This document shows positions 28,812-41,679 of a stretch of DNA of 64,000 nucleotides, piece after piece. How positions within the stretch are numbered: the first letter of the stretch is position 1; the number at the start of each line of letters is the position of its first letter. The notes under the pieces are model-generated. The model worked only from the letters and a program-made list of their open reading frames with translations, was not told the DNA's origin and ran no database searches. The position numbers were made by a program, and so were the translations under genes. Source of the stretch: Escherichia coli (lineage in GTDB: Bacteria > Pseudomonadota > Gammaproteobacteria > Enterobacterales > Enterobacteriaceae); NCBI RefSeq assembly GCF_003019035.1, contig NZ_CP027447.1; one strand, given 5' to 3'.

Positions 28812-28849
28812 TTAATCTCTTATCCTGGGTAAACTGATATCTCGGGGGC

Positions 28850-29617
28850 TTACGCCATCCCATCATGTTTATGTTGCTGTTGTGCGTGTTCCGTTTTGAA
28901 CTCTGCCAGCAACCTTGCTTGCTCTTCAGTCAGAGCCAGGTTTTCCAGAAGTTCAGGTCTTCTAAGCCAGGTACGGCCCAGCGACTGTTTCAAACGCCAG
29001 CGACGTATCTCGGCATGGTTGCCCGACAGTAACACTGGCGGAACTTCCATCCCTTCTAACACCTCAGGCCGCGTATAGTGCGGGCAATCCAGCAATCCTT
29101 CAGCAAAGGAATCTTCCGTTGCCGAGGCTTCATGTCCCAGTACTCCCGGAATAAACCGGGAAACGGAGTCAATCAGCGTCATTGCTGGTAACTCACCACC
29201 ACTGAGAACGTAATCGCCGATTGACCATTCTTCGTCAATTTCGGTTTGGATCACGCGCTCATCTATACCTTCGTAGCGACCGCACACCAGAATCAATTTT
29301 TGATTCGTTGCCAGTTCGCTGACGCCCGCTTGATCAAGCTTGCGTCCCTGTGGTGACAGATAAATCACCTTTGCGCCTTCACCCGCCGCGGCTTTTGCTG
29401 CATGAATGGCGTCCCGCAAGGGTTGCACCATCATTAACATCCCCGGTCCGCCGCCGTAAGGACGATCGTCCACGGTACGGTGCCGGTCATGCGTGAAGTC
29501 GCGAGGACTCCAGCTCTGGATGCTCAGCAGGCCATTTTTAACTGCCCGGCCAGTTACCCCGTAATCGGTAATTGCGCGGAACATTTCAGGAAACAGGCTA
29601 ATTATGCCAATCCACAT
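28850..29617 (-). CDS. trmD: tRNA (guanine37-N1)-methyltransferase
   Basis: 255 aa [29 protein letters not shown]... Confidence 0.97.
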
Positions 29618-29647
29618 AGCGCCGTCTTTTACCGTTTATCCGGTGGT

Positions 29648-30196
29648 TTAAAAACCAGGATCCCAATCTACTTCGATTGAACGAGTAGTGAGATCGACTT
29701 TCTTGATAACCTGCCCATCGAGGAACGGTACGAGACGTTCCTTGATACCAAACGCATCTTTCAGGTTTGCCTTAATGACGAGAACGTCATTAGATCCGGT
29801 TTCCATCATATCGACGACTTTACCGAGATCGTAGCCTTCAGTGGTTACTACCTGGCAGCCCATCAGGTCTTTCCAGTAGTAGTCACCCTCTTCAAGCTGA
29901 GGCAACTGCGATGAATCCACGACAATTTCACAATTCGTCAGCAGGTTCGCCGCATCACGATCGTCAACGCCTTTCAGCTTGATGATCATGTCCTGATTGT
30001 GGTGCTTCCAGCTTTCCAGCTGGACTTGCTGCCACTGACCCGCCTTCTGGATAAACCAGGGCTGATAGTCAAAAATGCTTTCGGCGTCTTCGGTGGAAGA
30101 AAACACTCTGAGCCACCCACGAATACCGTAAGACGAACCCATTTTTCCCAAAACGATGGGATCAACAGGTGCTTGCGCGGTGAGTTGTTTGCTCAT
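29648..30196 (-). CDS. rimM: Ribosome maturation factor RimM
   Basis: ORF trimmed to [33 protein letters not shown] (182 aa). Confidence 0.93.
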
Positions 30197-30214
30197 CATG
30201 ACCACCGTGACAGA

Positions 30215-30541
<327 letters not shown>

Positions 30542-30599
30542 TTACTGATTTCTGGAGAAAATGCAATCAGCAGTTAATAACTCTGTCGCATAAGGTCAT

Positions 30600-31961
30600 T
30601 TAGCGACCAGGAAATCCCGGCGGCATCATCCCTTTCATGCTTCTCATCATCTTTGCCATTCCGCCCTTCTTCATTTTCTTCATCATGCGCTGCATGTCGT
30701 CGAACTGTTTCAGAAGACGGTTAACGTCCTGCACCTGCATACCGCAACCGGCAGCGATACGGCGTTTACGCGAACCTTTGATGATTTCTGGCTTAGCGCG
30801 CTCTTTCATCGTCATCGAGTTGATGATGGCTTCCATACGCACCAGCACTTTATCGTCCATCTGCGACTTGACGTTATCCGGGATCTGCCCCATGCCCGGA
30901 AGTTTGCCCATCAGGCTGGCCATGCCGCCCATATTTTTCATCTGGCGCAGCTGCTCAAGAAAGTCGTTGAGATCGAAGCCGTCGCCTTTTTTCAGCTTGC
31001 TGGCTAATTTCTCTGCCTGCGCGCGGTCAACTTTGCTTTCAATATCTTCGATCAGTGACAGTACGTCGCCCATGCCGAGAATACGCGACGCGATGCGGTC
31101 CGGATGGAACGGCTCCAGCGCCTCAGTTTTCTCGCCAACACCGAGGAACTTGATCGGTTTGCCAGTGATGTGACGAATAGAGAGCGCCGCACCGCCGCGG
31201 GCATCGCCGTCCACTTTGGTCAACACTACGCCCGTAAGCGGTAACGCTTCATTAAATGCTTTTGCCGTATTGGCCGCATCCTGACCAGTCATGGCATCAA
31301 CCACAAACAGGGTTTCAACCGGATTAATCGACGCATGGACTTGTTTGATCTCGTCCATCATCGCTTCGTCAACGTGCAGACGACCGGCGGTATCCACCAG
31401 CAGCACGTCGTAGAATTTCAGTTTGGCTTCTTTCAGCGCCGCGTTAACGATATCTACCGGCTTCTGACCAACATCAGAAGGGAAGAAATCAACGCCCACC
31501 TGCTCTGCCAGCGTCTCCAGCTGTTTGATTGCCGCCGGACGATAAACGTCGGCAGAAACCACCAACACTTTTTTCTTGTGCTTCTCACGCAGGAACTTAC
31601 CGAGCTTGCCCACGCTGGTTGTTTTACCGGCACCTTGCAGGCCCGCCATCAGTACCACCGCTGGCGGTTGCGCAGCCAGATTCAGGGTCTGGTTCTCTTC
31701 GCCCATCGCCGCAACCAGTTCGTTACGGACGATTTTGACGAACTCCTGCCCCGGCGTCAGGCTCTTATTAACTTCATGACCAACCGCTTTCTCTTTTACG
31801 CGATTGATAAACTCACGCACTACCGGCAGGGCGACGTCCGCCTCCAGCAGCGCCATGCGCACTTCGCGCAGCGTATCTTTTACGTTGTCTTCAGTGAGGC
31901 GTCCACGGCCACTGATATTGCGCAGCGTGCGCGACAAACGATCGGTTAAATTATCAAACAT
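30600..31961 (-). CDS. ffh: Signal recognition particle protein Ffh
   Basis: 453 aa; SRP54-type GTPase (GLQGAGKTT Walker A) with Met-rich C-terminal M domain. Confidence 0.97.
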   Translation of the reverse strand: MFDNLTDRLSRTLRNISGRGRLTEDNVKDTLREVRMALLEADVALPVVREFINRVKEKAVGHEVNKSLTPGQEFVKIVRNELVAAMGEENQTLNLAAQPPAVVLMAGLQGAGKTTSVGKLGKFLREKHKKKVLVVSADVYRPAAIKQLETLAEQVGVDFFPSDVGQKPVDIVNAALKEAKLKFYDVLLVDTAGRLHVDEAMMDEIKQVHASINPVETLFVVDAMTGQDAANTAKAFNEALPLTGVVLTKVDGDARGGAALSIRHITGKPIKFLGVGEKTEALEPFHPDRIASRILGMGDVLSLIEDIESKVDRAQAEKLASKLKKGDGFDLNDFLEQLRQMKNMGGMASLMGKLPGMGQIPDNVKSQMDDKVLVRMEAIINSMTMKERAKPEIIKGSRKRRIAAGCGMQVQDVNRLLKQFDDMQRMMKKMKKGGMAKMMRSMKGMMPPGFPGR

Positions 31962-32127
31962 TGTCTCTCGCCTGGGGTGGAAACGGTTGGCCGCAATCGC
32001 GACACATCATCAGTATTTTGCCGCAGTATAACATGAAGGCGTCTTTGTTGTTATGCAACGGTTGGAGCAGCGTTCACCTGACGCTATACTGCTTCTCTTT
32101 CTTATTGCTCAAACTGTCGACATCACT

Positions 32128-32919
32128 ATGCCCGTTTTTGCTCTGCTCGCGCTTGTCGCCTACTCCGTCAGTCTTGCGCTGATTGTTCCCGGTCTGCTGC
32201 AAAAAAACGGCGGCTGGCGGCGCATGGCTATTATTTCTGCGGTCATTGCGCTGGTCTGCCACGCAATCGCTCTGGAAGCCCGCATCCTGCCCGACGGTGA
32301 TAGCGGACAAAACCTCAGCCTGCTGAACGTTGGTTCATTGGTCAGTTTGATGATCTGTACGGTAATGACCATTGTGGCTTCTCGCAATCGTGGCTGGTTG
32401 CTGCTACCCATTGTCTATGCCTTTGCGCTTATCAACCTGGCGCTGGCGACCTTCATGCCCAATGAATACATAACCCATCTGGAAGCAACGCCTGGGATGC
32501 TGGTGCACATTGGCTTATCGCTCTTTTCCTATGCCACGCTAATTATCGCCGCCCTGTACGCGCTGCAACTGGCGTGGATTGATTACCAACTGAAGAACAA
32601 GAAACTGGCGTTTAACCAGGAAATGCCGCCATTGATGAGTATCGAGCGTAAAATGTTCCACATCACGCAGATTGGCGTGGTGCTGCTAACGCTCACGCTT
32701 TGCACTGGCCTGTTCTACATGCACAACTTATTTAGCATGGAAAATATCGACAAGGCCGTGCTCTCTATCGTGGCGTGGTTTGTCTATATTGTGCTGCTGT
32801 GGGGACATTATCATGAAGGATGGCGTGGACGCCGCGTCGTCTGGTTTAACGTTGCGGGTGCAGTCATTCTGACACTGGCCTACTTCGGCAGCCGAATTGT
32901 CCAGCAGTTAATCAGCTAA
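32128..32919 (+). CDS. ypjD: Cytochrome c assembly-family inner membrane protein YpjD
   Basis: ORF trimmed to MPVFALLALVAYSVSLALIVPGLL (263 aa); multiple TM helices. Confidence 0.85.
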   Translation: MPVFALLALVAYSVSLALIVPGLLQKNGGWRRMAIISAVIALVCHAIALEARILPDGDSGQNLSLLNVGSLVSLMICTVMTIVASRNRGWLLLPIVYAFALINLALATFMPNEYITHLEATPGMLVHIGLSLFSYATLIIAALYALQLAWIDYQLKNKKLAFNQEMPPLMSIERKMFHITQIGVVLLTLTLCTGLFYMHNLFSMENIDKAVLSIVAWFVYIVLLWGHYHEGWRGRRVVWFNVAGAVILTLAYFGSRIVQQLIS

Positions 32920-32939
32920 ACCCAGAAAAGGAGTTTCCC

Positions 32940-34226
32940 CTGGAACACATTTCTACTACTACGTTGATCATTATTCTGATCATCATGGTGGTCATTTCAG
33001 CCTATTTTTCCGGGTCCGAAACCGGAATGATGACCCTCAACCGCTATCGTCTGCGACATATGGCGAAACAGGGTAATCGCTCGGCCAAACGCGTCGAAAA
33101 ATTGCTGCGTAAGCCAGACCGCCTGATTAGCCTGGTGTTAATCGGCAATAACCTGGTCAATATTCTTGCCTCCGCGCTCGGCACTATTGTTGGGATGCGT
33201 TTGTACGGCGATGCGGGCGTGGCAATTGCAACTGGTGTGCTGACTTTTGTCGTACTGGTATTTGCTGAGGTATTGCCGAAAACCATTGCCGCGCTGTACC
33301 CGGAAAAAGTCGCTTATCCGAGTAGTTTTCTGCTGGCTCCGCTGCAAATTTTGATGATGCCGCTGGTCTGGTTGCTGAATGCTATCACCCGTATGCTGAT
33401 GCGCATGATGGGTATCAAAACCGATATCGTGGTTAGCGGCTCTTTGAGCAAAGAAGAGTTGCGCACCATCGTGCACGAATCGCGCTCACAAATTTCCCGT
33501 CGCAATCAGGATATGCTGCTTTCGGTACTCGATCTGGAAAAGATGACCGTCGATGACATCATGGTGCCGCGCAGTGAAATTATCGGTATTGATATCAACG
33601 ATGACTGGAAATCGATTCTGCGCCAACTCTCCCACTCACCTCACGGACGTATCGTGCTCTACCGTGACTCGCTGGACGATGCCATCAGTATGCTGCGAGT
33701 ACGTGAAGCCTGGCGACTCATGTCGGAGAAAAAAGAGTTCACCAAAGAGACGATGCTGCGTGCTGCGGACGAAATCTATTTTGTCCCGGAAGGTACGCCG
33801 CTCAGCACGCAGTTGGTGAAGTTTCAGCGCAACAAAAAGAAAGTCGGCCTGGTCGTCAACGAGTACGGAGACATTCAGGGGCTGGTGACGGTTGAAGATA
33901 TTCTGGAAGAGATTGTCGGCGATTTCACTACGTCGATGTCGCCAACACTTGCCGAAGAGGTCACGCCGCAAAACGACGGGTCGGTAATTATCGATGGCAC
34001 CGCCAACGTGCGAGAAATTAACAAAGCCTTTAACTGGCATCTACCGGAAGATGATGCTCGTACTGTTAACGGCGTCATTCTGGAAGCGCTGGAGGAGATC
34101 CCGGTAGCAGGCACCCGCGTGCGTATTGGCGAGTACGATATCGATATTCTCGACGTACAGGACAATATGATTAAGCAGGTAAAAGTTTTTCCTGTAAAAC
34201 CGCTGCGCGAGAGTGTGGCGGAGTAA
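32940..34226 (+). CDS. yfjD: CNNM/CorC-family inner membrane protein YfjD (DUF21 + CBS pair + CorC_HlyC)
   Basis: Start uncertain: aaaaggag RBS then in-frame CTG at 32940 (xEHISTTTLIIIL, 428 aa as recalled for K-12) or the ORF-track TTG at 32964 (420 aa). Confidence 0.8.
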   Translation: MEHISTTTLIIILIIMVVISAYFSGSETGMMTLNRYRLRHMAKQGNRSAKRVEKLLRKPDRLISLVLIGNNLVNILASALGTIVGMRLYGDAGVAIATGVLTFVVLVFAEVLPKTIAALYPEKVAYPSSFLLAPLQILMMPLVWLLNAITRMLMRMMGIKTDIVVSGSLSKEELRTIVHESRSQISRRNQDMLLSVLDLEKMTVDDIMVPRSEIIGIDINDDWKSILRQLSHSPHGRIVLYRDSLDDAISMLRVREAWRLMSEKKEFTKETMLRAADEIYFVPEGTPLSTQLVKFQRNKKKVGLVVNEYGDIQGLVTVEDILEEIVGDFTTSMSPTLAEEVTPQNDGSVIIDGTANVREINKAFNWHLPEDDARTVNGVILEALEEIPVAGTRVRIGEYDIDILDVQDNMIKQVKVFPVKPLRESVAE

Positions 34227-34280
34227 CGAAAACGGCCCGGCATTCGCATGCTGGGCCGTGATTTATTACGAAAGCAGAAA

Positions 34281-35876
<1,596 letters not shown>

Positions 35877-35895
35877 TTTTACGCCAGCCTCTTTA

Positions 35896-35932
35896 CTGTA
35901 TATAAAACCAGTTTATACTGTACACAATAACA
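35896..35932 (+). promoter_or_regulatory. Two LexA (SOS) boxes in the recN promoter
   Basis: CTGTATATAAAACCAG and CTGTACACAATAACAG (CTGT-N8-ACAG-type) about 30-65 bp upstream of recN. Confidence 0.8.
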
Positions 35933-35961
35933 GTAATGGTTTTTCATACAGGAAAACAACT

Positions 35962-37623
35962 ATGTTGGCACAACTGACCATCAGCAACTTTGCTATCGTT
36001 CGTGAGCTTGAGATTGATTTTCATAGCGGCATGACCGTAATAACTGGCGAGACCGGCGCGGGTAAATCTATTGCAATAGATGCCCTCGGTCTTTGTCTCG
36101 GTGGTCGCGCTGAAGCCGACATGGTGCGTACCGGCGCTGCTCGCGCTGACCTGTGCGCCCGTTTTTCTCTGAAAGATACGCCAGCGGCCCTGCGCTGGCT
36201 GGAAGAAAACCAGCTTGAAGACGGGCATGAATGTTTGCTTCGTCGCGTAATCAGCAGCGATGGTCGCTCCCGTGGTTTTATCAACGGTACAGCGGTTCCT
36301 CTTTCACAACTGCGCGAACTGGGTCAGTTGCTGATTCAGATCCATGGTCAGCACGCTCATCAGTTACTCACCAAACCCGAGCACCAAAAATTCCTGCTTG
36401 ATGGCTATGCCAATGAAACCTCTCTACTCCAGGAAATGACCGCACGTTATCAGTTGTGGCATCAAAGCTGCCGTGACCTCGCGCATCATCAACAGTTAAG
36501 TCAGGAACGCGCCGCCCGTGCAGAACTGCTGCAATACCAATTAAAAGAACTTAACGAATTTAATCCGCAGCCCGGAGAGTTTGAGCAAATCGACGAAGAG
36601 TACAAACGTCTGGCGAACAGCGGTCAATTGCTGACTACCAGCCAGAATGCATTGGCAGTAATGGCCGACGGTGAAGACGCAAACCTGCAAAGTCAGCTTT
36701 ACACGGCTAAACAACTGGTGAGCGAATTGATTGGCATGGACAGCAAACTGTCCGGCGTACTTGATATGCTGGAAGAAGCTACCATCCAGATTGCTGAAGC
36801 CAGCGATGAACTGCGCCACTACTGCGATCGTCTGGATCTCGATCCCAACCGACTGTTTGAACTTGAACAGCGCATCTCAAGACAGATTTCGCTGGCACGT
36901 AAACATCACGTCAGCCCTGAGGCATTGCCACAGTATTACCAGTCGCTACTGGAAGAACAGCAGCAACTGGACGATCAGGCCGACTCACAAGAAACGCTCG
37001 CGCTGGCGGTAACGAAACATCATCAGCAGGCACTGGAAACGGCGCGCGCGTTACACCAGCAACGCCAGCACTATGCAGAAGAACTTGCACAGCTGATCAC
37101 CGACAGTATGCATGCACTCTCTATGCCGCATGGGCAGTTTACGATCGATGTTAAATTTGACGAGCATCACCTGGGCGCTGACGGCGCTGATCGTATTGAG
37201 TTTCGGGTAACCACCAACCCAGGTCAGCCAATGCAGCCTATTGCCAAAGTCGCATCCGGTGGTGAATTGTCCCGCATCGCATTGGCAATTCAGGTCATCA
37301 CAGCGCGTAAAATGGAAACCCCGGCACTGATTTTTGATGAAGTGGATGTAGGGATTAGCGGTCCAACAGCGGCAGTTGTCGGCAAACTGCTGCGTCAACT
37401 CGGCGAATCAACTCAGGTGATGTGTGTTACCCACCTGCCACAAGTCGCGGGATGTGGTCATCAACACTATTTTGTCAGCAAAGAAACCGATGGTGCGATG
37501 ACAGAAACGCATATGGAGTCGCTGGACAAAAAAGCGCGGTTACAAGAGCTGGCGCGCCTGCTTGGTGGCAGTGAAGTCACACGTAACACACTGGCGAATG
37601 CGAAAGAACTGCTTGCGGCGTAA
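35962..37623 (+). CDS. recN: DNA repair protein RecN (SMC-like ATPase)
   Basis: 553 aa [42 protein letters not shown]...; Walker A GETGAGKS and coiled-coil centre. Confidence 0.97.
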   Translation: MLAQLTISNFAIVRELEIDFHSGMTVITGETGAGKSIAIDALGLCLGGRAEADMVRTGAARADLCARFSLKDTPAALRWLEENQLEDGHECLLRRVISSDGRSRGFINGTAVPLSQLRELGQLLIQIHGQHAHQLLTKPEHQKFLLDGYANETSLLQEMTARYQLWHQSCRDLAHHQQLSQERAARAELLQYQLKELNEFNPQPGEFEQIDEEYKRLANSGQLLTTSQNALAVMADGEDANLQSQLYTAKQLVSELIGMDSKLSGVLDMLEEATIQIAEASDELRHYCDRLDLDPNRLFELEQRISRQISLARKHHVSPEALPQYYQSLLEEQQQLDDQADSQETLALAVTKHHQQALETARALHQQRQHYAEELAQLITDSMHALSMPHGQFTIDVKFDEHHLGADGADRIEFRVTTNPGQPMQPIAKVASGGELSRIALAIQVITARKMETPALIFDEVDVGISGPTAAVVGKLLRQLGESTQVMCVTHLPQVAGCGHQHYFVSKETDGAMTETHMESLDKKARLQELARLLGGSEVTRNTLANAKELLAA

Positions 37624-37771
37624 ACTTTTTTCCTGCTTCACGGTCAGAGTAAACAGCAAAACGCCGTAAGACCGGAAAGCAAAAGGTTTTAAAGTGATGA
37701 AAGGTCTATTATCATCGGCATATTACAGATGAGCCACGTACTGCTCGGGCCCGAAAAGGAATCAAATCACT

Positions 37772-38113
37772 ATGCGCTGTAAAACGCTGACTGCTGCAGC
37801 AGCAGTACTATTGATGTTGACCGCAGGCTGTTCCACTCTGGAGCGAGTGGTTTACCGTCCTGACATCAACCAGGGGAACTATCTGACCGCTAACGACGTA
37901 TCCAAAATACGTGTTGGCATGACGCAACAACAAGTTGCGTACGCATTGGGTACACCGCTGATGTCCGATCCATTTGGTACGAATACCTGGTTCTATGTCT
38001 TCCGCCAGCAACCAGGTCATGAAGGTGTAACGCAGCAAACGCTGACGCTGACCTTTAATAGTAGCGGGGTGTTGACCAATATTGATAATAAACCTGCGCT
38101 GAGTGGTAACTAA
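37772..38113 (+). CDS. bamE: Outer membrane protein assembly factor BamE (SmpA) lipoprotein
   Basis: 113 aa, lipobox LTAGCS. Confidence 0.95.
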
Positions 38114-38137
38114 TAATAAAGTTGCTCTCAAAGACGT

Positions 38138-38168
38138 TAAAAAAGGTGCTCAATGAGCACCTTTTTTC
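38138..38168. terminator. Bidirectional terminator between bamE and ratB
   Basis: aaaaaggtgctcaatgagcaccttttttc hairpin with flanking A- and T-runs. Confidence 0.75.
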
Positions 38169-38174
38169 TGTCTG

Positions 38175-38465
38175 TTATTTATTCGCTGATTTTTCTGCTC
38201 GTTGCCTGCGCAGCTCTTTCGGATCGGCAATGAGAGGACGATAAATCTCCACCCGATCGCCATCATGCACGGTATCGCTCAGTTTGGCCGGACGGCTGTA
38301 AATGCCGACTTTGTTTTTAGTTAAATTGATATCGGTACGCAATTCCAGCAAGCCACTGGCACGAATAGCTTCTTCAACCGTCGCACCCTCCTGCAGCGTC
38401 ACGCGCTGCAGGTACTGCTTCTCAGGTAGCGCATAAGCCACCTCAACGGCAATTTTACCTGGCAC
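38175..38465 (-). CDS. ratB: RatB (YfjF), RnfH-family small protein
   Basis: In-frame GTG start giving [27 protein letters not shown]... (96 aa); overlaps ratA. Confidence 0.8.
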   Translation of the reverse strand: MPGKIAVEVAYALPEKQYLQRVTLQEGATVEEAIRASGLLELRTDINLTKNKVGIYSRPAKLSDTVHDGDRVEIYRPLIADPKELRRQRAEKSANK

Positions 38466-38931
38466 TGTAAACCTCTTTCGCACGAACCGTAAAAGCCTGG
38501 ACCATATTAGCCGCCAGCTCTTTAAACACGCGACCAAAGGCGAGTTCAATCAACTTATTGGTAAACTCAAAGTCGAGATGAAACTCGATACGACACGCCT
38601 CCTGGCTCAGCGGCGTAAACTTCCATCCACCGATCAATTTCTTGAACGGCCCATCTACCAGATTCATAAGAATACTTTGGTTACTGGTCAACTGGTTGCG
38701 GGTAGTAAACGTTTTGCTGATCCCAGCCTTAGAGACATCTACCGCCGCAGTCATCTGCCCAGGAGTGGACTCCAGAATCCGACTTCCGGTACAACCCGGC
38801 AAAAACTGAGGATAAGACTGAACGTCATTCACTAACTGATACATTTGCTCCGCGCTGTAGGGTACCAGTGCGGTCCGGCTAATCTGAGGCATAACAATTT
38901 CCATCAACAAAAATCCAACAAATAATATCAT
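38455..38931 (-). CDS. ratA: Ribosome association toxin RatA (YfjG), SRPBCC/polyketide cyclase-like fold
   Basis: 158 aa [47 protein letters not shown]... Confidence 0.9.
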   Translation of the reverse strand: MILFVGFLLMEIVMPQISRTALVPYSAEQMYQLVNDVQSYPQFLPGCTGSRILESTPGQMTAAVDVSKAGISKTFTTRNQLTSNQSILMNLVDGPFKKLIGGWKFTPLSQEACRIEFHLDFEFTNKLIELAFGRVFKELAANMVQAFTVRAKEVYSAR

Positions 38932-39062
38932 TTATCCTGCTGTAAAAAAAACGCTATCCCGGCGCTGGGTAACATCGGGTTCATGCTAAGATAGAGCCTT
39001 GTCCCCCGCAGGATTGATATGGGGTGTTTTCGATTTCAGATTACCGATGATTCACGACGCTT

Positions 39063-39545
39063 ATGACGAAGAAAAAAGCACATAAACCTGGTTCAGCGAC
39101 CATCGCGCTTAACAAGCGCGCCCGGCACGAATACTTTATCGAAGAAGAGTTCGAGGCGGGACTTGCCCTGCAAGGCTGGGAGGTTAAATCCCTGCGCGCA
39201 GGAAAAGCCAATATCAGCGACAGCTACGTCCTTCTGCGTGACGGAGAGGCATTTCTGTTTGGCGCTAACATCACGCCAATGGCTGTGGCCTCCACGCATG
39301 TGGTGTGCGATCCTACCCGTACCCGCAAGTTACTTCTCAACCAGCGCGAACTGGACTCATTGTACGGTCGCGTCAATCGAGAAGGCTATACCGTAGTGGC
39401 GCTCTCCCTGTACTGGAAAAATGCCTGGTGCAAAGTGAAAATCGGCGTCGCCAAAGGTAAGAAACAGCATGATAAACGTTCAGATATCAAAGAACGCGAA
39501 TGGCAGGTGGATAAAGCGCGTATCATGAAAAACGCCCACCGTTAA
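39063..39545 (+). CDS. smpB: SsrA-binding protein SmpB
   Basis: 160 aa [48 protein letters not shown]... Confidence 0.97.
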
Positions 39546-39759
39546 ACCTGCACTCCAATTATTGACCCGCTCCTCACCGCGCCTCCCTCTCCGGCGGCGC
39601 GAATGCACATCTTATTGGCTATCACATCCGACACAAATGTTGCCATCCCATTGCTTAATCGAATAAAAATCAGGCTACATGGGTGCTAAATCTTTAACGA
39701 TAACGCCATTGAGGCTGGTCATGGCACTCATGAATCTGGTATACTTACCGTTACACATT

Positions 39760-40123
39760 GGGGCTGATTCTGGATTCGACGGGATTTGCGAAACCCAAGG
39801 TGCATGCCGAGGGGCGGTTGGCCTCGTAAAAAGCCGCAAAAAATAGTCGCAAACGACGAAAACTACGCTTTAGCAGCTTAATAACCTGCTTAGAGCCCTC
39901 TCTCCCTAGCCTCCGCTCTTAGGACGGGGATCAAGAGAGGTCAAACCCAAAAGAGATCGCGTGGAAGCCCTGCCTGGGGTTGAAGCGTTAAAACTTAATC
40001 AGGCTAGTTTGTTAGTGGCGTGTCCGTCCGCAGCTGGCAAGCGAATGTAAAGACTGACTAAGCATGTAGTACCGAGGATGTAGGAATTTCGGACGCGGGT
40101 TCAACTCCCGCCAGCTCCACCAC
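39760..40123 (+). ncRNA. ssrA: tmRNA (transfer-messenger RNA, 10Sa RNA)
   Basis: GGGGCTGATTCTGGATTCGACGGG... through the tag reading frame gcaaacgacgaaaactacgctttagcagcttaa (ANDENYALAA) to the tRNA-like 3' end GGTTCAACTCCCGCCAGCTCCACCA. Confidence 0.96.
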
Positions 40124-40156
40124 TTTTTAGTAAAATGACGTCTACTAAAGTCTACT

Positions 40157-40191
40157 AAGGCCGCATACCACAAGGGTTTGCGGCCTTTTTC
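40157..40191 (+). terminator. Rho-independent terminator downstream of ssrA, inside the island left arm
   Basis: aaggccgcataccacaagggtttgcggcc hairpin followed by ttttt. Confidence 0.75.
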
Positions 40192-40289
40192 ATGTCCAGT
40201 GAAGTCTACTGAGAATTGCTAGAAACCACTCCTTATGGCACCCTCCTATTATCCCTCGTCGATGAGGGAGTAAAAACGAGGGAGCAAAA

Positions 40290-41522
40290 ATGCCAAAGGT
40301 AGCAACAAAACTCACTGACACAGAGATCAAAAAGGCCAAGCCCACAGAGAAAGAGTTCACGCTATGGGATGGAGATGGCTTGTTCCTGCGCATCAAACCA
40401 AGTGGCAAAAAAATCTGGCACCTCGGCTATACCGTTCCATTAACCAAGAAACGGGCCAAAATGAGTCTTGGGTTCTATCCCTACCTGACACTTGCTCAAG
40501 CAAGAGCGCTACGGGATGAATACCTCTCTTTGCTTGCACAGGGTATCGATCCCCAATCCCACAATGAGCAAAAAGCCCAAGCGCTTAAAGATGCCACTGA
40601 ACACACATTCCAGACTGTAGCGAAAAAATGGCTTGATGAAAAAATTAAAACATCAGGCATATCGCAAGATCATGCTAAGGATATCTGGCGTAGCCTTGAA
40701 CGGAACATCTTTCCTACTTTAGGGGATGTTCCCATTAAAGAGATCCGCCCTAAAATGTTAAAACAACACCTTGACCCCATAGAACAAAGGGGCGTACTCG
40801 AAACCTTGCGACGTATAATTTCCCGACTTAATGAAATTTTCCGCTATGCCGCGACAGAAGAACTCATTGAGTTCAACCCCGCTGACAACCTTATCCAACG
40901 TTTTAGTAAACCCAAAAAGCAAAATATGCCTGCGTTGCCGCCAGATGAACTACCCCGTTTCATGACAGCATTATCAAACGCATCTATACGCTTAGAAACA
41001 CGTCTACTAATTGAATGGCAACTTCTTACTTGGGTTCGTCCCGGTGAAGCTGTACGCGCTCGCTGGACTGACATAGACGAAGAAAGCAAGTATTGGAACA
41101 TTCCATCCGATTTCATGAAGATGAAACGTCCTCATAAGGTTCCATTGAGCAAAGAAGCTATACGTATTCTTGAATCCATGAAACCAATCAGCGGTCATCG
41201 TGAGTGGGTTTTCCCCAGCATAAAAAATCCTTTAACACATATGCACGAGCAAACTGCCAACGCCGCATTAATCCGAATGGGCTTAGGTGGAGAACTCGTA
41301 GCACATGGCATGCGTTCTATTGCAAGAACAGCAGCAGAAGAAGCAGGAAAATTTAGGACAGAAGTTCTTGAAGCGGCTCTCGCCCACTCAAAAAAAGATG
41401 AAATCATTGCTGCTTATAACCGTACAGAATATTTAGTCGAGCGTGTCGAGTTAATGCAATGGTGGAGTGATTATCTCCAAATACAAAAATATAAGTCTTT
41501 AACAACTCTGATCGCCAGCTAA
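40290..41522 (+). CDS. P4-type (IntA/SlpA-like) tyrosine site-specific integrase
   Basis: 410 aa; N-terminal arm-binding region (KLTDTEIKKAKP...LWDGDGLFLRIKPSGKKIW) and C-terminal catalytic region with R...HxxR...Y context (VAHGMRSIARTAA...LAHS...AYNRTEY); located directly after ssrA. Confidence 0.92.
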   Translation: MPKVATKLTDTEIKKAKPTEKEFTLWDGDGLFLRIKPSGKKIWHLGYTVPLTKKRAKMSLGFYPYLTLAQARALRDEYLSLLAQGIDPQSHNEQKAQALKDATEHTFQTVAKKWLDEKIKTSGISQDHAKDIWRSLERNIFPTLGDVPIKEIRPKMLKQHLDPIEQRGVLETLRRIISRLNEIFRYAATEELIEFNPADNLIQRFSKPKKQNMPALPPDELPRFMTALSNASIRLETRLLIEWQLLTWVRPGEAVRARWTDIDEESKYWNIPSDFMKMKRPHKVPLSKEAIRILESMKPISGHREWVFPSIKNPLTHMHEQTANAALIRMGLGGELVAHGMRSIARTAAEEAGKFRTEVLEAALAHSKKDEIIAAYNRTEYLVERVELMQWWSDYLQIQKYKSLTTLIAS

Positions 41523-41679
41523 TCCTACAATCAACCCAATATCAGAAGCTGGCTTTAGTAGGGATACTTCCATTTTTCTGATATTGTATTACCATGTAGC
41601 TGAAAGTCAGATACCAAGTAGAAAAACACATTTTTATGTATGCTTTATCGAATAAAACATTAACCAAATAGGGGGACTA

